A stretch of DNA of 34,441 bases, from the NCBI GenBank assembly GCA_004377275.1, contig SOIC01000175.1, positions 1 to 34,441 of the forward strand. The letters run 5' to 3'. Positions 25,201 through 34,251 of this stretch are shown here, one piece after another. The notes under the pieces were generated by a model, which saw nothing but the letters and a program-made list of their open reading frames with translations, had not been told where the DNA came from and did not search any database. The translations under genes were made by a program, and so were the position numbers. Position 1 is the stretch's first letter, and each line of letters begins with the position of its first letter. The DNA is from Dehalococcoidia bacterium (GTDB lineage Bacteria; Chloroflexota; Dehalococcoidia; E44-bin15).

Positions 25201-26198
25201 GCCACCTTATTGCGATTGTGGGCCCCACCGCGGTGGGCAAGAGCGCTCTGGCGATCCATCTGGCACAGGTCTTTGGTGGCGAGATCATTAGCGCCGACAG
25301 CCGCCAGGTTTTTCGTAGTATGGACATCGGCACGGCGAAGCCAAGCCCCGAAGAGCGCGCCCTGGTTCCCCACCACCTCATCGATGTAGTCGACCCGGAC
25401 CAGGATTTCACCGTCGCCCTTTATCAGGAGATGGCCATAAGGGCAATCGAGGATATTCAGCGGCGGGGGAGGCTAGCGCTCTTGGTTGGCGGCAGTGGAC
25501 TTTATGTGCGGGCGCTGGTAGGAGGCTTCAGAATCCCCCTTGTTCCCCCGGACGCTGAACTGAGGCGTAGCCTGGAGGAGAAAGCGGCAGCGGAAGGCTA
25601 TATGGCACTCTATGAGGAACTAAAGGGGGTTGACCCCACTGCGGCGCAACGGATCGACCCCCGCAATGTGCGCCGGGTGGTCAGAGCGCTTGAGGTTTTT
25701 CGTACTACCGGGCTCCCCTTCTCCCAGCTCCAGGGAAGCTCGCCTTTGTTGCAAAGTTTTCGCACTTTAACTATTGGGCTCACTACCGCCAGGGAGGATT
25801 TGTACCGGAGGATCGATTCCAGGGTGGATCGTATGATGGAGCAAGGCCTAGTTCAGGAGGTAGAGGGGCTTCTGGAGCGGGGCTACTCGCTTGACCTCCC
25901 GGCGATGTCGGGGCTGGGCTACAAGCAGATCGGGCAATATCTTAAAGGGGAGGTCGACCTTTCTAAGGCGGTGCAGCGGATAAAATATGAGACCCACCGC
26001 TTCGCCCGCCATCAATATGCCTGGTTCCGCCCCAACGATGAGGCAATCCACTGGTTTGAGGCGAGGAATGGGATGGAGGAACCAATTTGCAGCCTCATTC
26101 AAGGATTCCTATTTAAAAATACAGGGGTTGAATTGGCAGAGTCAGAAAAACGCACTAAAGCTACTGACAAGGATAAATTGTTGATAAATCAGGATTGA
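25197..26198 (+). CDS. miaA: tRNA dimethylallyltransferase
   Basis: P-loop GPTAVGKS, then SADSRQVFRSMDIGTAKP. ATGA overlap with the tpiA stop. Carries a C-terminal extension of about 30 aa. Confidence 0.95.
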   Translation: MSHLIAIVGPTAVGKSALAIHLAQVFGGEIISADSRQVFRSMDIGTAKPSPEERALVPHHLIDVVDPDQDFTVALYQEMAIRAIEDIQRRGRLALLVGGSGLYVRALVGGFRIPLVPPDAELRRSLEEKAAAEGYMALYEELKGVDPTAAQRIDPRNVRRVVRALEVFRTTGLPFSQLQGSSPLLQSFRTLTIGLTTAREDLYRRIDSRVDRMMEQGLVQEVEGLLERGYSLDLPAMSGLGYKQIGQYLKGEVDLSKAVQRIKYETHRFARHQYAWFRPNDEAIHWFEARNGMEEPICSLIQGFLFKNTGVELAESEKRTKATDKDKLLINQD

Positions 26199-26228
26199 AT
26201 TAACAGAGCAACCGAGAAAGGCGAAAAA

Positions 26229-27065
26229 ATGAAATTCGCTAAGCTGCAGGCGACGGGCAACGATTTCATATTTATCGATGCTGATGAAGAGCACAATTGG
26301 TCGCCGCTGGCAAAAGCCATGTGCCACCGCCACCTCGGTATCGGCGCCGATGGCCTCATCGTCCTGCTCCCTTCAAAGGTTGCCGATTTGCGGATGCGAC
26401 TGTACAACCCGGATGGTTCGGAGGCAGAGGCCTGCGGTAATGGGCTGAGGTGCCTCGCCAGATATGCCATCGATAGGGGACTGGTCGATGCCAGGGAGCT
26501 TGTGGTGGAAACGCTAGGCGGCATGAGAAAGGTGCGCTCTCATGGAAACCTCATCCAGGTAGATATGGGGAAGCCCAAGTTTAAGGCCGATGAGATACCG
26601 ATGCTCATCGAGGAGGAACTTGACATAATCCTAGATTATCCCATTATCGTTCAGGGCAAAAAACTCCTTTTAACCTGCCTTTCTATGGGAAATCCCCACG
26701 CCGTCTGCTTCTTAGATGAGCCGATAGCAAACTTTCCTCTTGCCGAACTGGGGCCCGTGATGGAAAATCATCCTCTTTTCCCTGACAGGATCAACTTTGA
26801 AGTGGCCAACGTGCTAAGTCGAAAACCGACCGAGAAGCTCGAAAAAATCGAGGCCAGGGTCTGGGAGCGTGGGGTAGGGGAGACCCTCTCCTGCGGCACC
26901 GGTGCCTGTGCAGTGGCAGTGGTAGCCCGACTTCATGACCGCGTGGCCGGCGATGTCGATATAATATTACCGGGAGGCGTGCTCACGGTTGATTGGGACG
27001 GGGTTGGGGAGGTGATGCTCCGCGGACCTGCGGAGATGGTGTTTCAGGGTGAGTGGCCTGACTAG
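26229..27065 (+). CDS. dapF: Diaminopimelate epimerase
   Basis: ATGNDFIFID plus two catalytic-Cys motifs (EACGNG and SCGTGA). Confidence 0.95.
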   Translation: MKFAKLQATGNDFIFIDADEEHNWSPLAKAMCHRHLGIGADGLIVLLPSKVADLRMRLYNPDGSEAEACGNGLRCLARYAIDRGLVDARELVVETLGGMRKVRSHGNLIQVDMGKPKFKADEIPMLIEEELDIILDYPIIVQGKKLLLTCLSMGNPHAVCFLDEPIANFPLAELGPVMENHPLFPDRINFEVANVLSRKPTEKLEKIEARVWERGVGETLSCGTGACAVAVVARLHDRVAGDVDIILPGGVLTVDWDGVGEVMLRGPAEMVFQGEWPD

Positions 27066-27113
27066 GCGTGGACATCTTGTGTTCAGGTAATTAAAATATT
27101 TGGAGGAGTTAGA

Positions 27114-27527
27114 ATGGATGAAAGTCTGGTTGAGAAAATCAAGCCCAGCGCTGACCTACGCGGCGATGATCTAAGCGATGCCGATCTATCTGGTGCCACG
27201 CTGGTGCAGGCCGATATGCTGAATTGCGACCTTTCCGGGGCGAATTTATCCGGCGCTGACCTGAACGGCGCCGATCTCACCGATGCCGACCTTTCGAATG
27301 CCAACCTCACCGGCGCCAATTTAACCCGTGCCAGACTGCGCGGCACGCTCTTCAGCGGCGCTGACCTCACCGGCGCTGTATTAGCCCAAACCGATCTCGA
27401 GGGCGCCGACTTCAGCGGGGCAAAGCTCGATGTGGAGAAGCTCGACATATCCGGTGCCAGAGCCTGGCAGCAGGCGAGGTGGGATCCGCTAGTGTTTGAG
27501 GCACTGAAAGTAAAGTTTGAGAAGTAG
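27114..27527 (+). CDS. Pentapeptide-repeat protein
   Basis: 137 aa. About 20 consecutive A(D/N)LxG-type pentapeptides (ADLSGATL, ANLSGADLNGADLTDADLSNANLTGANL). GGAGGAG Shine-Dalgarno. Confidence 0.85.
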   Translation: MDESLVEKIKPSADLRGDDLSDADLSGATLVQADMLNCDLSGANLSGADLNGADLTDADLSNANLTGANLTRARLRGTLFSGADLTGAVLAQTDLEGADFSGAKLDVEKLDISGARAWQQARWDPLVFEALKVKFEK

Positions 27528-27542
27528 GCCTTAGTTCGCAAA

Positions 27543-28715
27543 ATGAGAACGGCTAGGCGTATTGAAAACCTGCCGCCCTATCTCTTCGTCGAGATCTCGC
27601 GGAAGATCGCGGAGAAGCGGGCTCATGGGGAGGATGTGATCAGCCTCGCAGTCGGCGATCCGGATATCCCCACACCACGGCATATCATCGCGCGGTTGTG
27701 CCAGGCAGCCCAGGACCCCCAAAATCATCGCTATCCTGAGTCAGAGGGCCTCCCCGAGTTCCGCCGCGCCATTGCCCAGTGGTATGAAAGAAGATTTAGC
27801 GTGACCCTTGATCCGGACAGGGAGGTATTGCCCCTCATCGGTGCTAAGGAGGGCATCGGGCATATCGCCCTCTGCTTCATCGACCCTGGAGATATCGCCC
27901 TGGTCCCCGACCCGGCCTATCCCGTTTACTCCATAGGAACCATGTTCGCTGGCGGCTCTTCGCACTATATGCCGCTTACTGAAGATAACGATTTTTTACC
28001 CGATTTGGATCGTATTCCGGGGGGTATTGCTAGAAAAGCGAAAATATTATGGATCAATTATCCCAATAACCCCACGGCGGCGGTGGCGGAGCTCGAATTT
28101 TTTAAGCAGGTGGTCGCCTTTGCCAAAAAATATGACATCGCTGTTTGCCATGATGGGCCCTACACTGAGGTGGCTTTCGATGGCTACCGCCCGGTGAGCT
28201 TTCTTGAGGCAGCTGGAGCCAGGGAGGCTGGGGTGGAATTTCATTCCCTCTCCAAGAGCTATAATATGACCGGCTGGCGGGTGGGCATGGTGGTGGGGAA
28301 TGCCGGGATAATTGACGCCCTGAGGAGGGTAAAGTCGAACCTTGATTCGGGGATTCCCCAGGCGATCCAGCACGCCGCCATCGAGGCGCTAACGGGGCCG
28401 CAGGACTGCGTTTCAGAACATAATGCGATATATCAGCGCCGCCGCGACCGGTTGCTCCAGACACTTAGCCAGATAGGGCTTAAGGCCAAGCCCCCTCGCG
28501 CCAGCCTCTATATCTGGGCCAGGGTTCCTGATGGCTATACCTCGCTAGAATTCGCCACCTCGCTACTAGAGGAGGCTGGGGTCGTGGTTACCCCGGGCAC
28601 CAGCTACGGGAAGCATGGGGAAGGCTACATCCGCCTCTCCCTGACTATTCCCGATGAGCGCCTGGAGGAAGCCCTGGCCCGGCTTACAGCATGGCACAAG
28701 CAGAAATTGACATAA
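27543..28715 (+). CDS. dapL: LL-diaminopimelate aminotransferase-like class-I aminotransferase
   Basis: 390 aa. The N-terminal [10 protein letters not shown] and the PLP-Lys motif [14 protein letters not shown] resemble DapL. Its position near dapF supports the call. Confidence 0.7.
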   Translation: MRTARRIENLPPYLFVEISRKIAEKRAHGEDVISLAVGDPDIPTPRHIIARLCQAAQDPQNHRYPESEGLPEFRRAIAQWYERRFSVTLDPDREVLPLIGAKEGIGHIALCFIDPGDIALVPDPAYPVYSIGTMFAGGSSHYMPLTEDNDFLPDLDRIPGGIARKAKILWINYPNNPTAAVAELEFFKQVVAFAKKYDIAVCHDGPYTEVAFDGYRPVSFLEAAGAREAGVEFHSLSKSYNMTGWRVGMVVGNAGIIDALRRVKSNLDSGIPQAIQHAAIEALTGPQDCVSEHNAIYQRRRDRLLQTLSQIGLKAKPPRASLYIWARVPDGYTSLEFATSLLEEAGVVVTPGTSYGKHGEGYIRLSLTIPDERLEEALARLTAWHKQKLT

Positions 28716-28773
28716 GGAGATAGCCATCGCCAGGAATACGTTTCCCACCCGGCCATCAATTGAGCGAGCCTTT

Positions 28774-29877
28774 ATGGTAGGGGTAGAGGTAAAGGGGGCC
28801 AGAAATATCTGGTCTATAGATGACTCCCTTGAGGAGCTGGCTCTGTTAGCGGTTACCGCCGGGGCTGAGGTAGTGGGGGCACTGGTGCAGCGTCTGCAAC
28901 GGCCAACGCCCACCTATTATCTGGGCAAAGGAAAGCTAGAGGAACTCGCCGCGCTCAGGGAGGAGGCAGGGTATGATGTGGTCCTCTTCGACGATGAGCT
29001 TTCACCGACCCAACAGAGAAATCTGGAACGGGTTCTCGAGGTCAAGATCATCGACCGCACCGCCCTGATCTTGGACATCTTCGCCAAGCGAGCCCGGACT
29101 CACGAGGGGCGCCTTCAGGTGGAACTGGCGCAGCATGAGTATCTCCTGCCTCGCCTCGTGGGGCAATGGAGCCACCTGGAGCGTCTCGGCGGTGGCATTG
29201 GCACCAGGGGGCCTGGCGAGTCGCAATTGGAGACCGATCGGCGCCTTATCCGCCAAAAGATCCACCGACTCCAAAGGGAGATCGAGGGGGTGAGGAAGCA
29301 CCGCGCCCTTTATCGGCGTCAGCGCAACCTGCAGGGCATCCCCCTTGTCTCCTTGATTGGTTATACCAATTCGGGTAAAAGCACCCTGCTGAATTCGCTG
29401 AGTAACGCCGATGTGTTTGTTGAGGACAAGCTCTTCGCCACCCTCGATCCGACCACCAGAAGGCTCAACATACCCGGTAAAAATGAGGTGCTGATCACCG
29501 ATACCGTAGGCTTTATCCAGAAGCTACCACACACAGTGATCGCCGCCTTTAGAGCCACCCTGGAGGAACTGGAGGAGGCAGCCCTGCTCCTTCATGTTAT
29601 TGACATAACGCATCGAAATGCTGTCGAGCAGAGCGTGACAGTGGAGAAGATCCTCACCGAGCTGGGTTTGGGTGAAAAGCCAAGGATCGCTGTTCTCAAC
29701 AAGATCGACCTCCTCGCTCCCAGTGAGGAGGTTATTGGCGAGCTCTCCAGCGCCATTAAGGATCAAGAGGCAGTATTAATCTCGGCGGCTAGGGGGTGGG
29801 GGCTCAGTGGCTTACTGGAGAGGATTGCGGAGAAGCTATTGAGAAGTGGGGCGCACAATACAGGTTATGTAATGTAG
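28774..29877 (+). CDS. hflX: GTPase HflX
   Basis: HflX N-domain ([27 protein letters not shown]), G1 [11 protein letters not shown]3 DTVGF and G4 NKID. HflX-like sequence (IERAF) continues in frame upstream of ATG 28774, so the true start may be non-canonical (see findings). Confidence 0.9.
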   Translation: MVGVEVKGARNIWSIDDSLEELALLAVTAGAEVVGALVQRLQRPTPTYYLGKGKLEELAALREEAGYDVVLFDDELSPTQQRNLERVLEVKIIDRTALILDIFAKRARTHEGRLQVELAQHEYLLPRLVGQWSHLERLGGGIGTRGPGESQLETDRRLIRQKIHRLQREIEGVRKHRALYRRQRNLQGIPLVSLIGYTNSGKSTLLNSLSNADVFVEDKLFATLDPTTRRLNIPGKNEVLITDTVGFIQKLPHTVIAAFRATLEELEEAALLLHVIDITHRNAVEQSVTVEKILTELGLGEKPRIAVLNKIDLLAPSEEVIGELSSAIKDQEAVLISAARGWGLSGLLERIAEKLLRSGAHNTGYVM

Positions 29878-30096
29878 TATACGGCGAAATACGTATTTGT
29901 TGACATAACAGGAGGAGGTGGCCGAGGTGGTCACTTCACGATAATGTTAATTTCCTGCATTTTCAAACCTCTTCCCCCTGAGTCGAATTTTCCAGACATA
30001 GCTTGTTCTGTGTATCTTTAGACACTCCTCATCAGCGCAAAACAGCCATCTTTCCATCTCCTCCGTTACCTCCCAATCCAGGTAGCTGCCCCCTCC

Positions 30097-30125
30097 TTGC
30101 CCTTGTTGGGGGTGGAGACTATAAT
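30097..30125 (+). promoter_or_regulatory. Candidate sigma70-type promoter for ctpA
   Basis: TTGCCC-N17-TATAAT. The -10 sits inside the 12-nt palindrome CTATAATTATAG. Confidence 0.4.
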
Positions 30126-30175
30126 TATAGCACATGGCAGAAAGCTGTCACGAACCGGTAATGTTAGGAGGGAAT

Positions 30176-31345
30176 ATGAACAATAAGCGAAGTCTACTGC
30201 CCACCCTACTGGTAGTGGTACTAATCGTCCTTTCTTTTGGGGCGGGTTTTGCCTATTCCCAGCTGTTGACCGGCGCTGCCCCGGAACTTCCTGCTGAGTT
30301 CAACGCCTTGGGGGAGACGTGGGAACTACTGTCGGAAGATTATGTCAACAAGGATGCGCTCGACCCCGAGGAGTTGAGTAGGGGGGCTATTGAGGGGATG
30401 CTTGAAGCATTAGGTGATCCTTATACCTCCTATCTTGAAAGCTATCAGGTGGCGTGGAGCGACCTGGAGGGCTCCTTCGAGGGCATCGGGGCGATTGTTT
30501 CCATGGAAGATGGTGAGCTGACAGTGGTCTCCCCTATCGCGGGTGGTCCAGCGGAGCGGCAAGGGGTGAGGGCTGGCGATAAGATCCTGGAGGTCGATGG
30601 CGAGCCTACATCGGAGATGAACCTGATGGAGGCAGTACTAAAGGTCCGGGGGGACAAGGGCACCACGGTGACCCTCCTTATCCTGCACCAGGGTGAGACC
30701 ACGCCGGTGGCGATCGAGATCGTTCGAGAGGAGATCAAGCTCGACAGCGTTTACCTGGATATGCTGGCCGACGATATCGCACACATCCGGATCACCCACT
30801 TCGCGGAGCGCACCCCGGTAGAGCTCACCTCGGCTCTAAATAGTGCCCTCCAAAGCGATGCGTGGGGTATTATACTTGACCTCAGGGGCAACCCCGGCGG
30901 TCTTCTTGACGTCGTGGTAGACGTGGCCGATGAGTTCCTCGACGGCGGCATCATTCTTTATGCGGCTGACGGCGAGGGGGATATAATTGAGGACTTTCCA
31001 GCAAGCTCAGGTGGGCTGGCCACTGATCTGCCACTCATTGTTCTTGTCGATGGCGGCAGCGCCAGTGGCAGCGAGGTGCTCGCTGGGGCACTCCGGGATC
31101 ATGAGCGCGCCACGCTCATCGGCACCATAACCTATGGCAAGGGTAGTGTTAATATTCTTCACGAGCTTAGCGATGGCTCAGCGCTGTATGTGACCACAGC
31201 CAGATGGTTGACTCCAGACCTTCACCTGATAGAGGGAGTGGGGCTGACCCCGGATATTGAGGTGGAGATCACCGCAGAAGACATCGCCAGCGGGCAGGAC
31301 ACGCAACTAGAATCAGCTATTGAGTATCTTCAGGCTCAGCGATAA
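30176..31345 (+). CDS. ctpA: Carboxyl-terminal processing protease (peptidase S41 with PDZ domain)
   Basis: N-terminal TM segment, PDZ domain (GPAERQGVRAGDKILEVDG) and S41 motifs DLRGNPGG, SASGSEVLAGAL and TYGKGSV. ATG 30176 has AGGAGG upstream. Confidence 0.9.
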   Translation: MNNKRSLLPTLLVVVLIVLSFGAGFAYSQLLTGAAPELPAEFNALGETWELLSEDYVNKDALDPEELSRGAIEGMLEALGDPYTSYLESYQVAWSDLEGSFEGIGAIVSMEDGELTVVSPIAGGPAERQGVRAGDKILEVDGEPTSEMNLMEAVLKVRGDKGTTVTLLILHQGETTPVAIEIVREEIKLDSVYLDMLADDIAHIRITHFAERTPVELTSALNSALQSDAWGIILDLRGNPGGLLDVVVDVADEFLDGGIILYAADGEGDIIEDFPASSGGLATDLPLIVLVDGGSASGSEVLAGALRDHERATLIGTITYGKGSVNILHELSDGSALYVTTARWLTPDLHLIEGVGLTPDIEVEITAEDIASGQDTQLESAIEYLQAQR

Positions 31346-31423
31346 GGGGCGACGATGCGGGTTTTTAATATCCTTGGTTACGCTTAAATTCCTTCTGTAA
31401 AGAAGGAAGACTTTCGGCGCAGC

Positions 31424-31452
31424 TTGAAACAGCTTGTCAAGCATGGTAAAAT
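31424..31452 (+). promoter_or_regulatory. Candidate promoter for smpB, placed for a near-leaderless transcript
   Basis: TTGAAA-N17-TAAAAT. The -10 ends only 5 nt before the smpB ATG and no convincing Shine-Dalgarno is present. Confidence 0.35.
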
Positions 31453-31457
31453 AGGTT

Positions 31458-31913
31458 ATGAAGACCGTCAGCCTCAACCGCAAAGCATACCATGACTACA
31501 CTATTCAAGAGAGTGTTGAGGCCGGTATTGTACTTACCGGCACTGAGATTAAGTCGATTCGGGCGGGAAGGGTAAATCTCCGCGATGCGTACGCCCATCC
31601 ACAGGGCAGTGAGCTATGGCTATTTAATGTCCACATCGCCCGGTATGAGTCGGGCAGTCGCGACAATCACGAACCGACACGCCCCAGGAAGCTGTTGCTT
31701 CATCGCAGGCAGATCGATGAGCTTGCCGGTAAGGTGACACAAAAGGGCTTCACTATAGTGCCCTTAAAGTTGTACCTTAAAAATGGAATCGCCAAGGTGG
31801 AGCTTGGCCTGGCCACAGGAAAGAGGCTTTATGACAAGCGCGAATCCATGGCACGCCGCCAGGCGGAGCGTGACATGGAGCGCGCCATGAAGCTAGCGAA
31901 GCAGAGGTTTTGA
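31458..31913 (+). CDS. smpB: SsrA-binding protein SmpB
   Basis: 151 aa with KAYHDY, GTEIKSIR and PTRPRKLLLH. It lies immediately upstream of the tmRNA gene. Confidence 0.95.
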   Translation: MKTVSLNRKAYHDYTIQESVEAGIVLTGTEIKSIRAGRVNLRDAYAHPQGSELWLFNVHIARYESGSRDNHEPTRPRKLLLHRRQIDELAGKVTQKGFTIVPLKLYLKNGIAKVELGLATGKRLYDKRESMARRQAERDMERAMKLAKQRF

Positions 31914-31939
31914 TATCCTCTGGTGAGGCTTAATAGAAT
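31910..31939 (+). promoter_or_regulatory. Candidate promoter for ssrA
   Basis: TTGATA-N18-TAGAAT, ending about 22 nt upstream of the mature tmRNA 5-prime end. Confidence 0.4.
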
Positions 31940-31961
31940 CCCTTGGTGAAGAAAGAAAAAT

Positions 31962-32304
31962 GGGGACGAGTGGTTTCGACAGAGGAGGAGCGCTACAGGA
32001 TTGCAGGCCGAGGTGCCACTTATCTCGCAAAACAAGTGGCAAAAAAGTAACTGACGAATACGTCTACGCTAGCTAAGCGAGACACGTCCCCCTAGCCTCC
32101 CTCGATGGGCTTTGGATGACGACGAGCAGTCGAGGTGCGGCAATCCTGACGTCGATAAGGGTTGCCAAAGAATTTATCGACTGGCGCAACCGTCCTCGGT
32201 CGGCAGAGGACGGTTGGGTGAGAGCAAAGAGCCGACTAAGCTTGTAGCATATCCTGGGGGGACCTTCTCTGGACGGGGAGTTCGACTCTCCCCCGTCTCC
32301 ACCA
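31962..32304 (+). ncRNA. ssrA: tmRNA (transfer-messenger RNA)
   Basis: The 5-prime end GGGGACGAGUGGUUUCGAC pairs with the 3-prime end CGUCUCCACCA to form an acceptor stem with the G3-U wobble. T-arm GGGGAG-UUCGACU-CUCCCC, terminal CCA encoded, and an internal tag ORF ending at UAA 32076. Adjacent to smpB. Confidence 0.9.
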
Positions 32305-32315
32305 TTATGTAAAGT

Positions 32316-32347
32316 AGCGTCAGCTATTCAGGGCTGGCGCTTTTTTT
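32316..32347 (+). terminator. Intrinsic terminator after ssrA
   Basis: 9-bp stem AGCGTCAGC / GCTGGCGCT (one G-U pair), an 8-nt loop, then a T7 run. Confidence 0.65.
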
Positions 32348-32469
32348 AATTCAAATGAGGCTTTAGTGATGATGTAAATCTACTCCAAGTGGGGTCGCCT
32401 AATAGCAGAGTTCAGCCGCGTTCTGAAGCACAGCGAATGAACGTCAACTGAAGTGCCTGGTTAGGCGTA

Positions 32470-33285
32470 TTAATCCTCAAATTCAGCACACCGATTCTGA
32501 AAATATGCGGTCACCGCTTCCTGCACATCTTTGGATAGGCCAATTGCCGTATTCCATGTAGCCACATAGTTGAGACCCTCGGCTACAGTATGGTCACGAC
32601 TATAGATCAGAGTCTCTTTGATCCCACGTATAGCAAGTGGAGATTTGGCCGCAATCTCATTAGCTAATTCTCTAACACCTACCAGTAAGCTCGGCTGATC
32701 GGCAAATACCTTATTAACGAGGCCCATCGAGTGAGCTTTTACACCATCAAATTCAAGCCCTGTATAGGCTAGCTCCCTAAACAAGCCATCACCTATGAGC
32801 CTAGGCAGCCGCTGCAATGTACCCGTATCCGCAACGATGGCTAGATCCACCTCTTTGATAGAGAAACGAGCATCGACTGTCGCATAGCGAATGTCGCAAG
32901 CCGTAATTAAATCAATGCCCCCGCCGATGCATGCCCCGTGAATGGCGGCTATCACAGGTTTTCGGCAACGCTCTATAGCTGTAACGGAGTCTTGTAATCC
33001 GATGATGATCTGACGTAAACGCTCCTGCCTTCGTCCTTCTGAAAGTTCGCTCACCTCATTATAGATGGCCGATAGAAACTCAAAGTCGATGCCTGCCGAA
33101 AAATGTTTCCCTTGACCACTTAGCACAGCGACCCGGACTTCCGGCGTTCCGTTGACCCAATCGAACACGCCCTTTAGTTCCTTCCACATGGTTGCGTTTA
33201 TCGCATTAGCCTTGTCCGGTCGATTTAGCTGGATATTCGCAATGCGGTTTTCTGAACTAACGGTTAAAGCCTCAAATTTAGGCAT
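32470..33285 (-). CDS. Enoyl-CoA hydratase/isomerase (crotonase) family, dienoyl-CoA-isomerase (ECH1)-like
   Basis: 271 aa with crotonase motifs HFSAGIDF and AAIHGACIGGGIDLITACDIRYA. The overall layout resembles delta3,5-delta2,4-dienoyl-CoA isomerases. GC content is visibly lower than in the core genes. Confidence 0.85.
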   Translation of the reverse strand: MPKFEALTVSSENRIANIQLNRPDKANAINATMWKELKGVFDWVNGTPEVRVAVLSGQGKHFSAGIDFEFLSAIYNEVSELSEGRRQERLRQIIIGLQDSVTAIERCRKPVIAAIHGACIGGGIDLITACDIRYATVDARFSIKEVDLAIVADTGTLQRLPRLIGDGLFRELAYTGLEFDGVKAHSMGLVNKVFADQPSLLVGVRELANEIAAKSPLAIRGIKETLIYSRDHTVAEGLNYVATWNTAIGLSKDVQEAVTAYFQNRCAEFED

Positions 33286-33524
33286 CCCTTCCCTCCTAAG
33301 TTGTCCACGGATGCTTTGTGCCCGATAAAAGTAACCACTTGACTGATTTCAACGCCTCTAATTTGGTGGGCACATCGTAGACGAATGCGGGAATATTGTC
33401 AATGGTTGTCCTTATTAGCGAACACATTGGGCACTTGGGGTATTAAGTGGGAGAATATAAACGCCAGAGCACGTCGTTCAGCTAAGAGCCGCAAGGTTGG
33501 TGGGTTTCTGGGAGATTGAGCCTA

Positions 33525-33548
33525 CCCCGTCATCATCATTATGTAAAG
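33525..33548 (+). repeat. Degenerate direct copy of the tmRNA 3-prime end (att-like remnant)
   Basis: CCCCGTCATCATCATTATGTAAAG against 32291..32314 CCCCGTCTCCACCATTATGTAAAG, a 21 of 24 match. Weaker similarity continues about 30 nt upstream. Confidence 0.55.
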
Positions 33549-33629
33549 CATAACGAACAAGTAAGGGCGTGCGCTTAGTAAATCGACTCGAATGACACAC
33601 CCAACGACAATGGCGTTGGTGGCAGATTT

Positions 33630-33815
33630 TTATGGTTCCAGCGGGATAAGGAACCTTAGGATAATATAAATCAGGATACCCCCTCCGCCAAAGAATAGTG
33701 TCGCCACCGCGATGACTCTGACGATAGTAGGATCGATGTCAAAATGCTTGGCCAAGCCACCACATATACCCCAAATCATCCTTTCATCTTTGCTACGATA
33801 GAGCTTCTTCGCCAT
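33630..33815 (-). CDS. PspC-domain small membrane protein
   Basis: 61 aa. LYRSKDERMIWGICGGLAKHFDIDPTIVRVIAV followed by a TM helix is the classic PspC domain. Confidence 0.8.
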   Translation of the reverse strand: MAKKLYRSKDERMIWGICGGLAKHFDIDPTIVRVIAVATLFFGGGGILIYIILRFLIPLEP

Positions 33816-34251
33816 GACTCCCTCCTACTTGATATTTGTTATCCAGGATCTTCTATTATCCCGGATCTTCTGTATCAACTGGTCTGGCTATACTGTGCTC
33901 TCTGCTCGCTGGCTGTCGAGGCCTCGAGCAAGCGGAGTTACACCAGTTTAAGGTGAGAACATAGTAGACGATAGCGTGACCTCTGTCAATGTTCGCGCAA
34001 AGTGGTGAACACATTAGGCCCTCGCAGCGCTCTATTCAGCGCGACCTCGTGCCTGCACTCGACAATCGATCTCTGAAGGACGATTGCACATCTCTCCTGG
34101 CCGGCGGAGTTGGTGGCCGTCTGCGGCTTAAGATGCACCTACATCAAAATAGGGTGGTCGACTTTTGCTTTTCGTGGTAAACTTTCATATACTCTAACTA
34201 CTCAACGTCCGTTGTCAGGCGAGGAATACCGAACTGGGCGGCAGGACACAA

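Noticed and set aside
27083-27541. 152-aa minus-strand ORF covering the pentapeptide-repeat gene
   Set aside because: It is a mirror artefact of the repetitive GCNGAYCTN-type pentapeptide coding sequence. It reads as Ser/Ala/Pro-rich low-complexity sequence, whereas the plus-strand frame gives canonical A(D/N)LxG repeats and has a strong Shine-Dalgarno.
29887-29898. 12-nt perfect palindrome AAATACGTATTT just after hflX, considered as a terminator
   Set aside because: The stem would be AT-only, with no loop and no T-tract, so it is not a credible intrinsic terminator. It may be a protein-binding site, but nothing supports that.
29947-30135. 62-aa minus-strand ORF in the AT-rich 300-bp spacer between hflX and ctpA
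   Set aside because: It has no recognisable family and no Shine-Dalgarno that I could see, and it overlaps the candidate ctpA promoter and palindrome (CTATAATTATAG). I cannot support it as a gene, though a small protein is not excluded.
33744-34180. Two plus-strand ORFs (33744..33956 and 33989..34180) between the PspC-domain gene and the PEPCK-like gene
   Set aside because: The first overlaps the PspC gene in antisense. Neither has a Shine-Dalgarno or a recognisable domain. The spacer does contain a GGATCTTCT direct repeat (33846 and 33863), but I could not attach a function to it.
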